52,635 nt of DNA from Girardia tigrina (Eukaryota), in NCBI GenBank assembly GCA_001938485.1, contig MQRK01246015.1, positions 1 to 52,635 of the forward strand. Direction: 5' to 3'. Position numbers and translations under genes: made by a program. Shown here piece by piece: positions 12,480 to 25,327 of this stretch. Position 1 is the stretch's first letter. The number at the start of each line of letters is the position of its first letter. Below the pieces are notes generated by a model. The model saw only the letters and a program-made list of their open reading frames with translations. It did no database searches and had not been told where the DNA came from.

Positions 12480-13647
12480 ATTCGTGCGATTGGCTCATAT
12501 CAGATGGTCGGCCCACGATCCTTGTCCGACCAACAATCTGCAATATATCAGGCAATACAAGGCAGTGCAATATTTCATGATAATCAACTCTTACAAGTCT
12601 GCGAAGAAGGTATCTTAAAACGCTAGAGGAATCACTAAATTTAAGACGTGTGAAGCTATGATTCTGCCTTTCCGAATGAACTTTGACCTCAAATTCACTA
12701 TCCGACAAACTTACCTTCTATCAATCTGTAGGAAGTATTTTTTAAAATTTTTGTGCGAACGGCGTATTTGCCATCTGGACAAATATATAAACTTGTTTTG
12801 AAATAAAGTTTGAGAATTATATAGAAAGTTTTTGTTTCCAGTATCCAGATTTGTTTCAAGTATCCAGACAACAGCTTCTTAGAAAGTTTATCAGAAGAAT
12901 GACCAATAAGGAACCCTACTTTCTGAAGTTCTGCAAAGCTGTTCTTAAAGCATGTGGCTTCAACAAAACCAAAAACAATATAATAGGGCAATTCACCCGT
13001 CTCATTAGCCTTAATTGTGCCTCCTCCATTTCAAATATCCAGAGTAACTTTGCTGTTCAAGGTATCATCCAGAGAATTGTTCCGAAAGTTATCTCCATCA
13101 TTGAGGAGAATAAGGCTGCACCTCCCACATGATTAGGCCAGCCTATTGTTGTGCCTAATATCCCAGCCATGGCCAACGATATTTCTGATCTTTCTGCTGC
13201 TCTAAGCTGTTTATCGTTCTCCGGTTCTGCTTTTTGACTGCTTTTTGAGCTCCTTTATTTGCCGTCACACTCACATTCCTTGTTTATGTTGATTCCCCCC
13301 TAACATTGTTACCTCTACAAAGAACTTGACCAGCTAAATTTTGCTTTTCTGGTCATATTTACTCTATTAGACTTAAGAAGCCTCGTTCTCCATATCTTGG
13401 CTGCTCTGAAGTTAGCCCTAATAGAGTCTATCATGACAAAATTCAAAAGACTTATATTGTAAACCCTAAGGCTGCTATGGTCCTTATCAGACTACGGGTG
13501 AACGCATCTGCCAAACCCATTCCTGCGGATTTTACAAATTTTGTCAAACGAAATAATTGTCATTTTCAAGTCCTTCCTGACTCTTTTGATTATCCTATTA
13601 AGACAGATGCCGATCCCAATCAGATAAAGTCCCGAAAGGGCAAATGA
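12480..13647 (+). pseudogene. Decayed intronless ORF of unknown origin
   Basis: GC-richer block with protein-like frames (ORF 12851-13132; FCFSGHIYSIRLKKPRSPYLG...IKSRKGK*) followed by AATAAA. Confidence 0.35.
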
Positions 13648-13679
13648 AAAAATTTTTGTTTTGTAATAAATTTTTGGTA

Positions 13680-13801
13680 CCTTAAACTGAAGGGACTCCT
13701 TACCCTCGTCGGCTCTCAACTTCTGTCTTAATTGCAACTGCAGCTGTTCTGAATACAATCGCTCGAGCTCGCGGATTCGAGCTTCCATCACAACGCCCCA
13801 A
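13680..13801 (-). mobile_element. Possible PBS plus gag start of a truncated LTR retroelement
   Basis: TGGGGCGTTG immediately precedes MEARIRELERLYSEQ..., with an AT-rich LTR-like block upstream. Confidence 0.3.
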
Positions 13802-14355
13802 TTTATACTATTTTTGTATTTATTTGCTATTTTCTCTCGTTTTTTGATGTGATTATTATCTTTTATTATCTGTGGGCATTTTATAAGTATTTTAATGAAT
13901 TTTCCTACTATTTTATTTGTTTATTTCATCGTAATCCGTTCATTAATCGTTATTTATTGATTTATTATTTTTATTTCAATTTTGCTATTTCTCTGTCAAT
14001 TCTTAACGGATTTTTACACTTCTTGTTTCGTTTTACTCGTAAAATTATTCTGAAATTTTAAGATAATTTTGCAGATTGTTAACCGTTCATTTTTTGCGCA
14101 ATATTCCGATTTTACCGCCTATTGATTCGTATTTATTTATGTTTCTACCAATATTGACACTTTTCCTTTCATTTTGTACACATTTTGCCACTTCTTGTTA
14201 TCTATTTATTATAATTCTTGCATTTTTGTACGAATTCTCTTCGCTTTTTCTATTTTATGTTCTTTTCGAGTATTTTGTTTTAATTGTGCTTAAATTTTAT
14301 ATGTTCAAGTATTTTTTTAATTCAATATTTTTATTGAATTTTGATTCTATCGTGT

Positions 14356-17300
14356 TGTAGAGAATGACAATGAATAACAAGTTCCTAAATTGTATTAAAT
14401 AGAAAAAACACGTTTTTCACAAAGACCGGAATAATTAAACAAAATATAAAAATCGAATTAACGAGATTATTATTTTAGATTATATCATCTCATCGCACAT
14501 CCCAACCAGATTCGTCCGTACCCGAATCTCCATCTACGACGTAGTCATCCAAGTATTTAGGCCTTCTTCGCACACGCTTCATATGGGTAGTTGCTGGTTC
14601 ATCGACTTCTGACTCTGTGTCCCAAGACAAAGCTGTGGCCTTAACGTTCTCGCATTCGACTCTTCTCGGCCGTAAATCAGCAACATGCCGAGGGAACCTC
14701 GACCCATTACAATCCACTAAATATTTACAGTATGATAATTTTTTAATACTTGACCCTTTAACCATTGTTTCGTGCACCTTGTGCTTTCCATTGGTTTCAC
14801 CCAGACTAATTGATAGTCACAATACATTGTACCCTTTGTAGTGCCCTCTATCTCATTGTCACTTTCATGGCTTACAAGTTTCATACATTTATAACTGTAT
14901 ATCATCCAACTTGGTGGTTCTTTGTTCTCCGACAGCGTATTGTTGTACCACCATACTGCTTCTGCAATTGTAATGTTTGATCTCGCCGCAATTCTTTTGA
15001 TCATCCTATGGTTTCTTTAAACGATCCCGTTCCCACCAGGTCTATTGCTCGCTCGATAAATTAACTCTACTCCCCATCGATTGAAAACCTCAACAAACTC
15101 ATTTGAGTAAAAAGTGGTGTAATTGTCTACTAACAATTCGCTGGGGGCTCCGCGTTGAAAAAAATATAGAATCTATTACCGTGGAGATGGAGTACGAACT
15201 TTCGTCATCAATTTCTTTCCAAATTGCAAATCTGGATGGTCCACAATCGATTAAGCTTAAATACTTCCTGTCGTTGTATTTTGTCCAATCGATTACCAAT
15301 CTATACAAATTCTCCCTTACTGCCACGCAACCGTGATTCCATTTTACCGGTGCGGGATCAATTGACTGGCATTTTTGACATTTTGAAATCATGTTCGTGA
15401 TATCTTTATCCGTTACTTGAATGTTTTCAATCCCACAGAGAAATTTCATTCGTTTCGCTCCCAAATGGCATTTTTATGAAGGTTATCTAATCTCTCAATT
15501 TCACTTGTCGTGGTCACGCAGCATACGTTTTTAGTTAATGCCTTCGATATCCTCGTCATCTCATCCGCTTTATTCAGACTGCTCGCTACGAACTCTATCT
15601 TTATCATTATGTTAAAATCATCACAAATTTCCTTAAAGATTGATAACCGCCGTCTGATAAGCAATTCTGAAAAGGCGCTCGTATTCAACCTAAATTTACT
15701 TGTGATCGCGTCATTCACCCAGGAGACAACTGATTTATTGTCACACTTTATCGTGATGTCCGTCATTCCCCATTTCGCGCACAAATTAAACCCTTTCACG
15801 ACTGCCTCCAGCTCAGCGATATTTATATGTCTTGAATCGTCTTTTTTCCTCAACCATGATCCTTCTTCGATAATTTTACCATTAACTTCCAGTAATACAC
15901 CCATCGCTATTGAGCTTGCATCACACCACAAAGTGCCCACTTTACAATCGCCGATGCTTCACGTGCCACGATATGGGTCATTTTCTTCTATCCTTTCCAA
16001 AATCCATTTTACCTTCTCAACCACTGATTCGTCCACCGGCGAATCCCAATCCCCCTCCGAAGTTCGTTTGAGGAAGGAACACGCCAATCGTAACCATAAC
16101 GCTATGGGGTAAATGCCAGTGAGTTGTCCACACAGAGAATAAAGCTCTCGTCGCGACATCGATTCGGATAAGTGTTTGACCCGTATTCGGTTCGATCGGT
16201 CCCACATGATGCTCCCGTCAATGTTTTTAACATCCACTCCGAGAACTCTTACTTTTCTGACATCATTTACGCGCTCGGGCTGTTTGCTCTCTAACCCAAA
16301 TTTCTTGAACAAACATCTCACTTCATCCGCATTAACCTTGGACTCATCTACAAAAATATCATCAACGTAGGATCCAGTGGCAGCATCAATCGTTTGATCG
16401 GATGACAAGACTTTTCTCACAATTTCCGTCATGATGGTAGGGGCTGTATTTAGACCGAATCCCATCCGTGTTAACGCGAACTTTTTTCCGCTGATAATAC
16501 ATGACTGAAACCGCCACATGGCGGGATCAACATGAATTTGCATGTATGCATCAGATAAGTCCAAAATTGCAAAACTGTCACTCTTCCTTTTCCACTCACG
16601 TAACTTTTCTACACAAACGTCCGAAGAACCGCTGAAAACATCGATATATTTGTTCAATTCCCTGAAATCGAACACAGGTCTTATCTTATCCTTATTCATC
16701 TGGTCTATACCATAAATTGGGATCGACCCCACTGACGCACCAATTTTCTCGTCGTCATACTCTATTAAGTACCTTTTTTCCATCCATTTATTTAAAATAT
16801 CCATCGTTGATTTGTCTTTTGGTTTTGACTCTTTCAATACGGTTTTTCTCCACGGTAACTGATCGGGGACATCCGATTTCCAATCCCAAGAAACGGATTT
16901 GTTTGTTTTATGTTTGTCGAAACGAATCCTGCAATTATGTTTCTTCGTGCCTCCCTCTTCAGTAATTCTAGTCCCAGACAACTTGTCACTTGGACCCGAA
17001 CTACAAGCATTTACTAGATAGGAACTCACCCCAAACTTTACACTTCCATTATGGAATACCATTCCTCCTAATTTCGCAATCACATCAACACCCAACAATA
17101 AATCCTTATTTTCCGGCAACGTATTCATTACAATACAATTTTCGGTTACCTCTTTATCATCCACGTTGATCCTTGCTGTACATATACCCACAAACACTCG
17201 AGACTAATTAGCCAGAGTAACTTACTCTCAATTCCGCTGCATCAACGGTCCTTCCACATTGCATCTTCACGACCGATCGCGAACACTCGGTATCCACTAA

Positions 17301-17910
17301 TGCTCTGCAGTTTTTTCCATTGACGATACATCGAATAACTGGAAGCGCCTTTAATCCATCCGAGAAGCCGCTGACGACTCCTCGCTCACGTTTCCCACCC
17401 GACAGAATCTAGCAATGTGTCCCTTCCTTCGACATCTAAAACATATAATTTTTCTCTTGGAAGAACTTTTAGGACGATCCTCTTCCGTCTTTTGAACACC
17501 CTTTTCATCAGCTGCATACGGGTTTTTAACGCTCTGATCCGCGCTAACGCCGCTACGACTACGTCCTTCCAGCTTATTTATTCCCTTCCGATCGTATAAA
17601 CTCACCATTGACGTATGAGTTGTGTTTTTTGCAATACTAATATACGTGCGGGTCACTTCCACTATTTCACTCCATTCTCGGACTCCTCGTTTCTCGATTT
17701 CCAAAGCGATTTCCGTTGGTAATCCGGCTAAAAATGCAGCGATTTCTAGATTGTCGACCGTTTTTACCAATTTCGACACTTCCGCAGCGTACTTGTCAAT
17801 AGTGCTGAAATCTGAATATTTAATCTACTGTAATTTACGATACGCCTCTCGCGGTTTCACTCCAAACGCTGCATTCAATACTCGAAAAACTTCATCAATA
17901 TTCGATTGTT
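14356..17910 (-). mobile_element. LTR retrotransposon A (short-LTR clade), 5'-truncated: gag(CCHC)-PR-RT-RH-IN plus 3' LTR 14356-14499
   Basis: CFRCRRKGHIARFC; ALVDTECS; DLSDAYMQI, MGFGLNTAP, YVDD; WCDAS...HINIAELEA; HH..CQKC integrase; PPT-like TCTGGTTGGGA; TG..CA LTR. Confidence 0.9.
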
Positions 17911-18199
17911 GAAACTGGTAAACAACAGCGGAAACTGGCAAACAACAGCTGCAGGAGCCAATCGCAGTGCATTCGTTGGTGTTACAGACGTCCCAGTTTT
18001 TTCTAGATGACGACGGATCAACTCGAACCTGGTTTGGACTAATAGAGTGTTGTCTAAAAAGTGTGAGGAGTCAACATGTGCATTTTCTACACCTCACAGC
18101 CGCATTACCAGTCGATCAATTACAGGTGATAAACAAAGAACTACATGTGATCACTGCACATGACCGATTATGCGATCAGTTGTGCCACCACTTTCTCGT

Positions 18200-18425
18200 A
18201 CTGTCTGACCGACGCGTATAGGGCCAATTCCCCGAGTGAGTCTTGCGGCGCCTGACCGCTCTTCCACTTCCATACTGCTGTCCGCGAACGGCAGTCGAAC
18301 TCGGCCGAAAACACAGCATCATCGATTCACTTTCGTGCTGGTCGCTTCGCTGTGCTCAATGCCGCCCGGTGATCGATCCGTCCAAACGTTTGGGCACCGC
18401 TTCAGCTAGGCACCAACACGATCCC
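18200..18425 (-). mobile_element. Fragment of the PR-RT junction of a clade-B-like retroelement
   Basis: FSAEFDCRSRTAVWKWKSG resembles FPVKFDGESWTVAWKWK in element B. Confidence 0.55.
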
Positions 18426-21400
18426 TAGTTGAAAATTGTCGAGGTGACAATTCTTCGGGCATTTATGATCTGGGCGACAATTCGTCAAAGATTTTTTGTC
18501 GAGGCGACAAATTTTTTCCATTAATCGATATTTTTAAACTGGTGAGGACCATCAATATACACCCAAAATAATAAATAATGAAAATAATTTTAAAACATTC
18601 AAAAATATTAAAGAAAAGCTATGGGGCACAACACCAAGTATTTCGGAGAATACTTCCAAGGAATCACCAACAATTTTAAGATGGATTAAATTTTTAAATA
18701 ATTCTTAAATTTTGTGTAGCGACAAAATCCGAAAACAAGTCTTTATAATAAATAAGAATTTATTTTACTGCAATAATCTTTCGTTCGACTCAAATTTCCC
18801 GCCTAATTTATACGATTACATAAACAATTACGATTAATTGTTCATTTATATATTATCATTTGCTCTCACACTTCGTCTTGCCCTTAAGGCACATATATAC
18901 ACACCGCTCATGCATATGGGGGCTTTTTGTGTCGCTGGGTTCTGCAACCCTACACACACACAAAGTTTTTGAAGCGGGTCGGTCGAACAATCATTCGTTG
19001 TGACCGCAATTCTTCTTTCTCACCCGATTGTTCTCCTCCACTCTCTAAATCGGTTTCCGTCTCTGTCTTCTAATGCGCGTCGTCTTCTTCGAACTAAAGC
19101 TGTTGTAACTCATTATCGGTTGCTCATGGTTCTCTCTCAGTCCATGAGGCCCTCCGTTGTCAGCGCTTCGTCGTCCTCCGAGGTGCGCCTGACATATAAC
19201 CCTGTTGATCACCACTTGCTGATGAAGATGGACCTCGCCCACGACAGCGCATCGCCATCGCTTTGTACACCTTTGGTTCACCGGTTTCACAAACACTTCA
19301 TCGCCCGCTTGCAACTCCGAATTGTTCTTGACCTCTATCACTTTTAATATTCGGCTCGCAAAATCCCTCGGCAGTAGCAGCCGCCTCTGCTGTGCGAACA
19401 CTGTAGATGCAGGAATTATGCCAGCTGAATTTGGCGTCGCGTTGTACCAAGCTAGCATGTCATCGATTGATCCCCCGCTTCTTGCTGCCCTGCGCCATAT
19501 CGTTCGATGACAACGCTCGCCGATCCCGTTTCCACTCGACCGATTTGCACATCAAAACATGATTACGACCCACACTCCATTCAGCAATTCTCGGATTGCT
19601 GTTCCCCGATTGGTTGTGAAATTGTCCATCAGCAGTTCTCGCGGCGGCCCGAATTCAGAAAATATTGCCCTGAGAGATGCATACAGCTCTTCATCGCTTT
19701 CGGATCTAATTTCTCGCCCCACTGAGGACAGTCCTGGCCCGTAGTTCACCGACGTCATTAGCTTCCCTTCAGTGGTGTGCGTTACATCCATTGCAAGCCT
19801 GTGCTATGTTCATTTCACCCTCAGCTCGCCTTTCTCCCATTTCACTGCTGCGGAATCAATTGACGCACACTGAGAACACTTGTTTACAACCGCTCGGATT
19901 TGACTCTCATGTACACGGCCAGGGCCCCATAGTCTTCCGTCAGGAATTTCATTCTTTTCACTCCGAAATGGAGAATGTTGTGGAGTGTTTCTAGACTATC
20001 TGATGTCCCGTGCTCTACTTCAATTCCAACGGCCGCCACTTTCAGTGGCCCTTTTGCTAGTGACAACCATTCATTAGGTACTGTCATGAGGCAATCTGCT
20101 TTATTCTCCGCTGAACTCACTAACTTATATGTCACATTCAGTCGTTCTCCTTCAATTGTTTTGCTAATGATACTTATACTTCGTTTCACCAGAAGCTCGC
20201 TCATTCCTTTGGATTTGACTGGTCCGTCGCCCCTCAACAAATTTGCCATTCATCTGAAAACTGTGGTGGAGTCGGTCATGACCTCAAACTCGTCCATGCC
20301 CAATGTCACCGCCGCTTTAACTACTTTGATCTCTGTCTCCAGTTCTGCCAAGTTTACGTGCGCTGCGTCGTCCTCTTTTCACAGCAAAGTTGCATCCTCG
20401 ACCACTTCTTCCCCAATCTCTACAGAGATTCCAGTTGCAAGAGAACACGCATCGAACTTCACACACGTCCGCGTGTGAAGTTCGGAATGTTCCATCTTCC
20501 GGTTACCGGGTCCTTGCTCTCCAGCTGTTTCTCTAGCTTTTTTGAGATTTCCATCACATGCCAATCTAGAGACTCGTCCCATCCGCTGCCACTAGCTGCT
20601 TTGCAAAAACTACACGCTGACCTTAACCAACCGCCAACCGGGAAATGTCCCACTAGTGGACTAACCCAGGAGAAAAGTTTCCGCCCCGTCAACTGATCTG
20701 GTAGTGATGGGACTTTGCCGTCTCTGAACCATCACAGTTCACCTTTGGATTCCCGAACAGCGAGCCCGAGTACCCTTCCGCCGTTCATTTCGACTGGTAG
20801 TTTGGATTCAAGGTCAAACCTGCTGAAAACTGCAACCACTTGCTGCGCAGACACTTTGCTGGTGTCGACTATAACGTCATCGTAGTACGAATACGTTGCC
20901 ACTACCACCCTCTTGTCGGATCTGAGCACGTGGTTCATTATGAATCTGATTATTTTCGGTGCCCCGTTCAACCCGAAACCCAGTCGCGTCAAACACCATT
21001 CTTGATTTGCGATCTTGATCACCTGGTAAGGCTACAGACTCTGATCTATTTTTATTTGGAGGTACGTACACCTCAGGTCTATTACTTCTAGTGCCTTCCC
21101 CATTCGGTGGCACTTGCGTAACTTCTCTATGCACACCAGGCTATCAGTGGTATGACTCGACACGAAGTCGTTTATCGCCCGGTAGTCCAGAACCGGTTGC
21201 ACTTTCCCTTTGGCCGCCTGCAAGACCACCATGACTGGCAATACCGCTTTTGCTCCACCATGGAAATCTATGAACCACCCCTTGCTCTTCCACTCGGCCA
21301 ACTCCTGACTCATTTCCTCTTCGAATTGCCTTGCAGACGTATATGCAGCGATCCCCCTTATTGGTTCCGGATTTCCATTTCCACGCCACTGTCCATGATT

Positions 21401-23056
21401 CGCCATCGAACTTGACTGGAAAATCTACGTCTACCAACTGCGCTGATGCTGGTAGTCCCGTTACACAGTTAATTACACTGGTAGTCCCGATGCTCAGTGC
21501 AACCGAATCTCTGGACCTTGACCCCTCCTGGCACCCACACGCCTCCAAGCTTCTCTATGATGTCCATTCCGAGAAGCATCTCAACCCTCGAAGCTATGAC
21601 CTCTGGCACCACCAGTATGTTGCAATCGATTCGTCTTCCACCGCACTCGATCGTTGTTGCTACTCAAAATCTCACGCTGACAATCGAGTCAGATCAAGAG
21701 CCGTAATGATCTGCACTGTTTCCTTCACCAGAATGAGTTCAGATTTTGGGACCAATGTCTCTGCGACAGTTGTGGTAGAAAATCCTGTGTCGACGATGGC
21801 CCTCACCGCCCTACCACCCACGGTTGCCGGGATGATCATTATTCGCGCGTCTCAGAGTCCAGGTCCTCCACCCGCTCAGCAGTATGAGCCTGATGATCAT
21901 TTCCCGCCGGTTTGGACGTGACCATCAGCAGACGATAAACAAAGAACTGCCTGTGATCACTGCACATGACCGATTATACGATCAATTGTCCGATCATTAC
22001 TCGGTTACCGCTCGGTACGATCATTATCCGGCCGCAATTGTAGCATTGCAGACTCCTTGGACCGCCTTGGTCGGTTACTGCTCTTAGCTGCCCTCTTCCA
22101 GTCGCACATTCGCGTGCAACGTGCCCGCTCCATCCGCAACTATTTACAACATCAATGAGTTTTACAACATTTATTAATATCACAAGTGCATTCACAATTT
22201 GACATTTTTCTTGATCGATATATTTCTGAGTTCATTCTAATTATTTTCAATAAATGAAAATCTGTTAATAAAAATTATTAAGAATCTAATTGGTTAAAAT
22301 TAAATCTAAACATTTTTTAAAAAAGAACATATTAAATTAATATATAAAATTTTAAATTACATTAAAAAATAAATAATACATTCACAAATTATTTTAAAGC
22401 TTTTTACTTTAAAATTAAATTAAATTATTTTTAATTAGTAGGAATCAAAGTAAATACCAATTATCGATCTGTGTAGGAGAGACACATTCCGAATCAACAT
22501 AAAACATGCACAATATCAACACACGATTCAAAACATTCCTCACAGCAACAAAAGAATTTAAATACGCCGGCCGGTGCCAAAACCCGGGCTGATTGTCCCC
22601 CCGGCCGCGCCACGGCTGCAATGACTTCAGTGACTCCTCGTGCCACCGTGACGTGTATTCGGGCCAGTCAGACCAGTCAATACAGGTCTAGCGCTTTTCT
22701 CAGCGCCTCGGTTTAGACACTTTTCATGGCCGCCTCGGGTATTCCGTTTATAAACGCTTGAACTATGAATGCTTCCCCACTGCCAGCTCTCCCGAAAATG
22801 ACGGCGGCCATCCGTTTAAGCTCCGCCATAAAATAATCCACGCTCTCGCCATTTTCCAGACTACGCTTCAGTGAGTGCTGCAGTGCTCTTTTCGAAATCT
22901 TTTCTCATTGGTTCGTGTGATATTAAATGAATTATTTAATAAAATATTGAATTTAAATAAAAAGTGCTTGTTTAAATATTCAAAACATGATAGTTTTCAA
23001 ATATATGTTTATTACTATTGAATCTTAATTTTTAATTCGATTATATATATATAACA

Positions 23057-23071
23057 TGGCGTCACGAGCAG
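23057..23071 (+). promoter_or_regulatory. Primer-binding site of Gypsy E, complementary to a tRNA-Ser-like 3' end
   Basis: TGGCGTCACGAGCAG directly follows the 5' LTR; metazoan tRNA-Ser(CGA) ends ..CGTGACGCCA. Confidence 0.75.
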
Positions 23072-25327
23072 AAAAAAACAGCTTCATGGAGGAATTTCTG
23101 TTTAAAGAAAAGGAAGGTAAACTTTTTGTTTTTAAAAAAACATTCAGCGAACCAAACGAAAATTAGAGAACACCTGAAAATGTATTGGAATTCATCAAAT
23201 TATTTACGTTTGGTGAAAACGAAAAAAAAGGATGAATTGCAACTTTTCCAAAAATATTTTGATGATTTAATCAATAAAGAAATCAAAAGCGATCCATCAT
23301 ACGATTGTGGATCCGAAAATCTTGATGATTACATTCAACGAATGTTTAAATTATTAGAAAAGAAGGAGTCAAAAATAAGCAATATCAAACCAATATTTCA
23401 GATAACTCAGAATAAAAATGAAAATATCATAGAATACGCCAAAAGAATCCGCATATGAAGTTTGGGAATAAAAGAAATCAAGGAAGATATAATGATCGAA
23501 GCTTTCTTGGAAGGTTTGGCATCTAAGAAAATCGCAAAAATTGTCCGGTTATTTAAACCAAAAACATTAAAAGAAGTGATTGACCTTATAAAGGACGAAC
23601 AAGAACCAGAAAATATTTTCGAGAATGAGCAAAATTTTTATCACATTAAAAATGATCAGGAAAGTTTGAAACAGCTGAAACTTGAAAACGAAAAACTTCA
23701 GAATGAGATACGACAATTGAAATCGATAATATCGAGAATAAGAGAAAAACTTAAAACAGACAAGAAAATATGATCCAGTAAATATGACTAGAAATTTTCC
23801 TAAATATTCTATGGATAAAAGAGAGTGTTTCACCTATAAAAGGATATGACATATTGCTAAATTTTGCAGGGAACACAAATGTTACGGTTGTGGAGCGACA
23901 AACCACGTAATTCGAGATTGTGGAATAAAACGATTAAGATATTTTCAAGAAGATGAGCAAGAAATTTTAAGTAACAGTTTTAAGTAAGAAGTTTTAAAAA
24001 GAGATCAGAGAAGGAGAATAGTGAACTGCAGGATAATCAAATTAATATGATAAACAAGTCAGAATGGAACAAAGAAAAGTCAAAGGCCATTTTTATGAAC
24101 AAACCAACGTTGGAAGAAGCATATAGTAATTATATTCAATGTCAAGGAGCGCGGCCAAAAATAATTTGTATAAATACGAACCGACTTTAATATCAGAATC
24201 AAGACCCGATAAAGCGAGAAATAAACCGATCGTTCAGTGTAATACGACGAATATGCCAGTCAAAGTCATGTTCGACACAGGTGCTGACTTAAATGTCATC
24301 AGTCAAGAGTTGGTGGAGAAGATTTGTGAACGAAATCCAGACGTCAAAATTTATGATTCAAGAACCAAGANNNNNNNNNNAAATGGTACTACGGAAGAAT
24401 GCATAGGAAAGGTTCAACTTAATGTGGCAATCGGACCACATATTACAGCCCATGTTTTTGACATTATGCCTAAAATATTTCCTCACATTTTCATCGGGTT
24501 AAGAAGTATGAAAAAATACGAAATAAAAGTAAATGCTGGAGAGGATTGTATTGAAATACAGAATGTTAAGATTCCATTTATCTCAAAAACATTAACGGCG
24601 GAGTCTTTAAACTAGGATGGTTCGCTTTGGAGGGTCGTAATGCGGGGTTCAATCGGATAGAGACTCAAAATATCGATTTATATAAAATTATTGTATCAGA
24701 TAATGCTACTACGAGTGGTTATGAAGATTATTTTATTAAAGGAATGATAGTGGACAGTTACAACGAAAGAATGAGTGATGAAAACCGAGAATTTATTTTT
24801 ACAGGAGAAAAAGAGAAACTCAGCGAAAAAGGCCTGATGGCAATGGATAGCCTTATCAAGTGTTATGATGGATATGTTTGAATCAGATTAACTAATATTG
24901 AAGGAGGAAGAAGACAGATACGTACTGGGATGACCTTGGGTTATGTAGAGGTATATCATGAAGATAAACAAACGACAGAAAAAAAGATCAATATACAGCC
25001 TAGCGAAGGAGAATCAGAAAAAAAGAGAAAATCGAAATTGAAGAAACGCTGAAGAGCATTGAAGAATCCATTAAAGCACCGAATGAACAGGCAAGAAATA
25101 GTCTAATGGAAATTATACGGGCAAATAAAGATATTTTTAGTACGTATAGACTGGATATCGGGAAAAGTGATCTAATTGAACACACCATTGAGACCGAAAA
25201 TGAAAAGCCAATTAATTTTCAACCTAGAAGGATACCCCAGGGACTTGAAAAGAAAGTACAAGTAATGATCGAAGAAATGGAAAAGAAAGGAATTATCAGA
25301 CCTAGCACGTCCACTTGAAACTTTCCA

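Noticed and set aside
15510-21921. Long plus-strand ORFs (e.g. 15510-16112, 19975-20478, 21331-21921)
   Set aside because: Antisense shadows of retroelement pol/gag frames with no independent motifs
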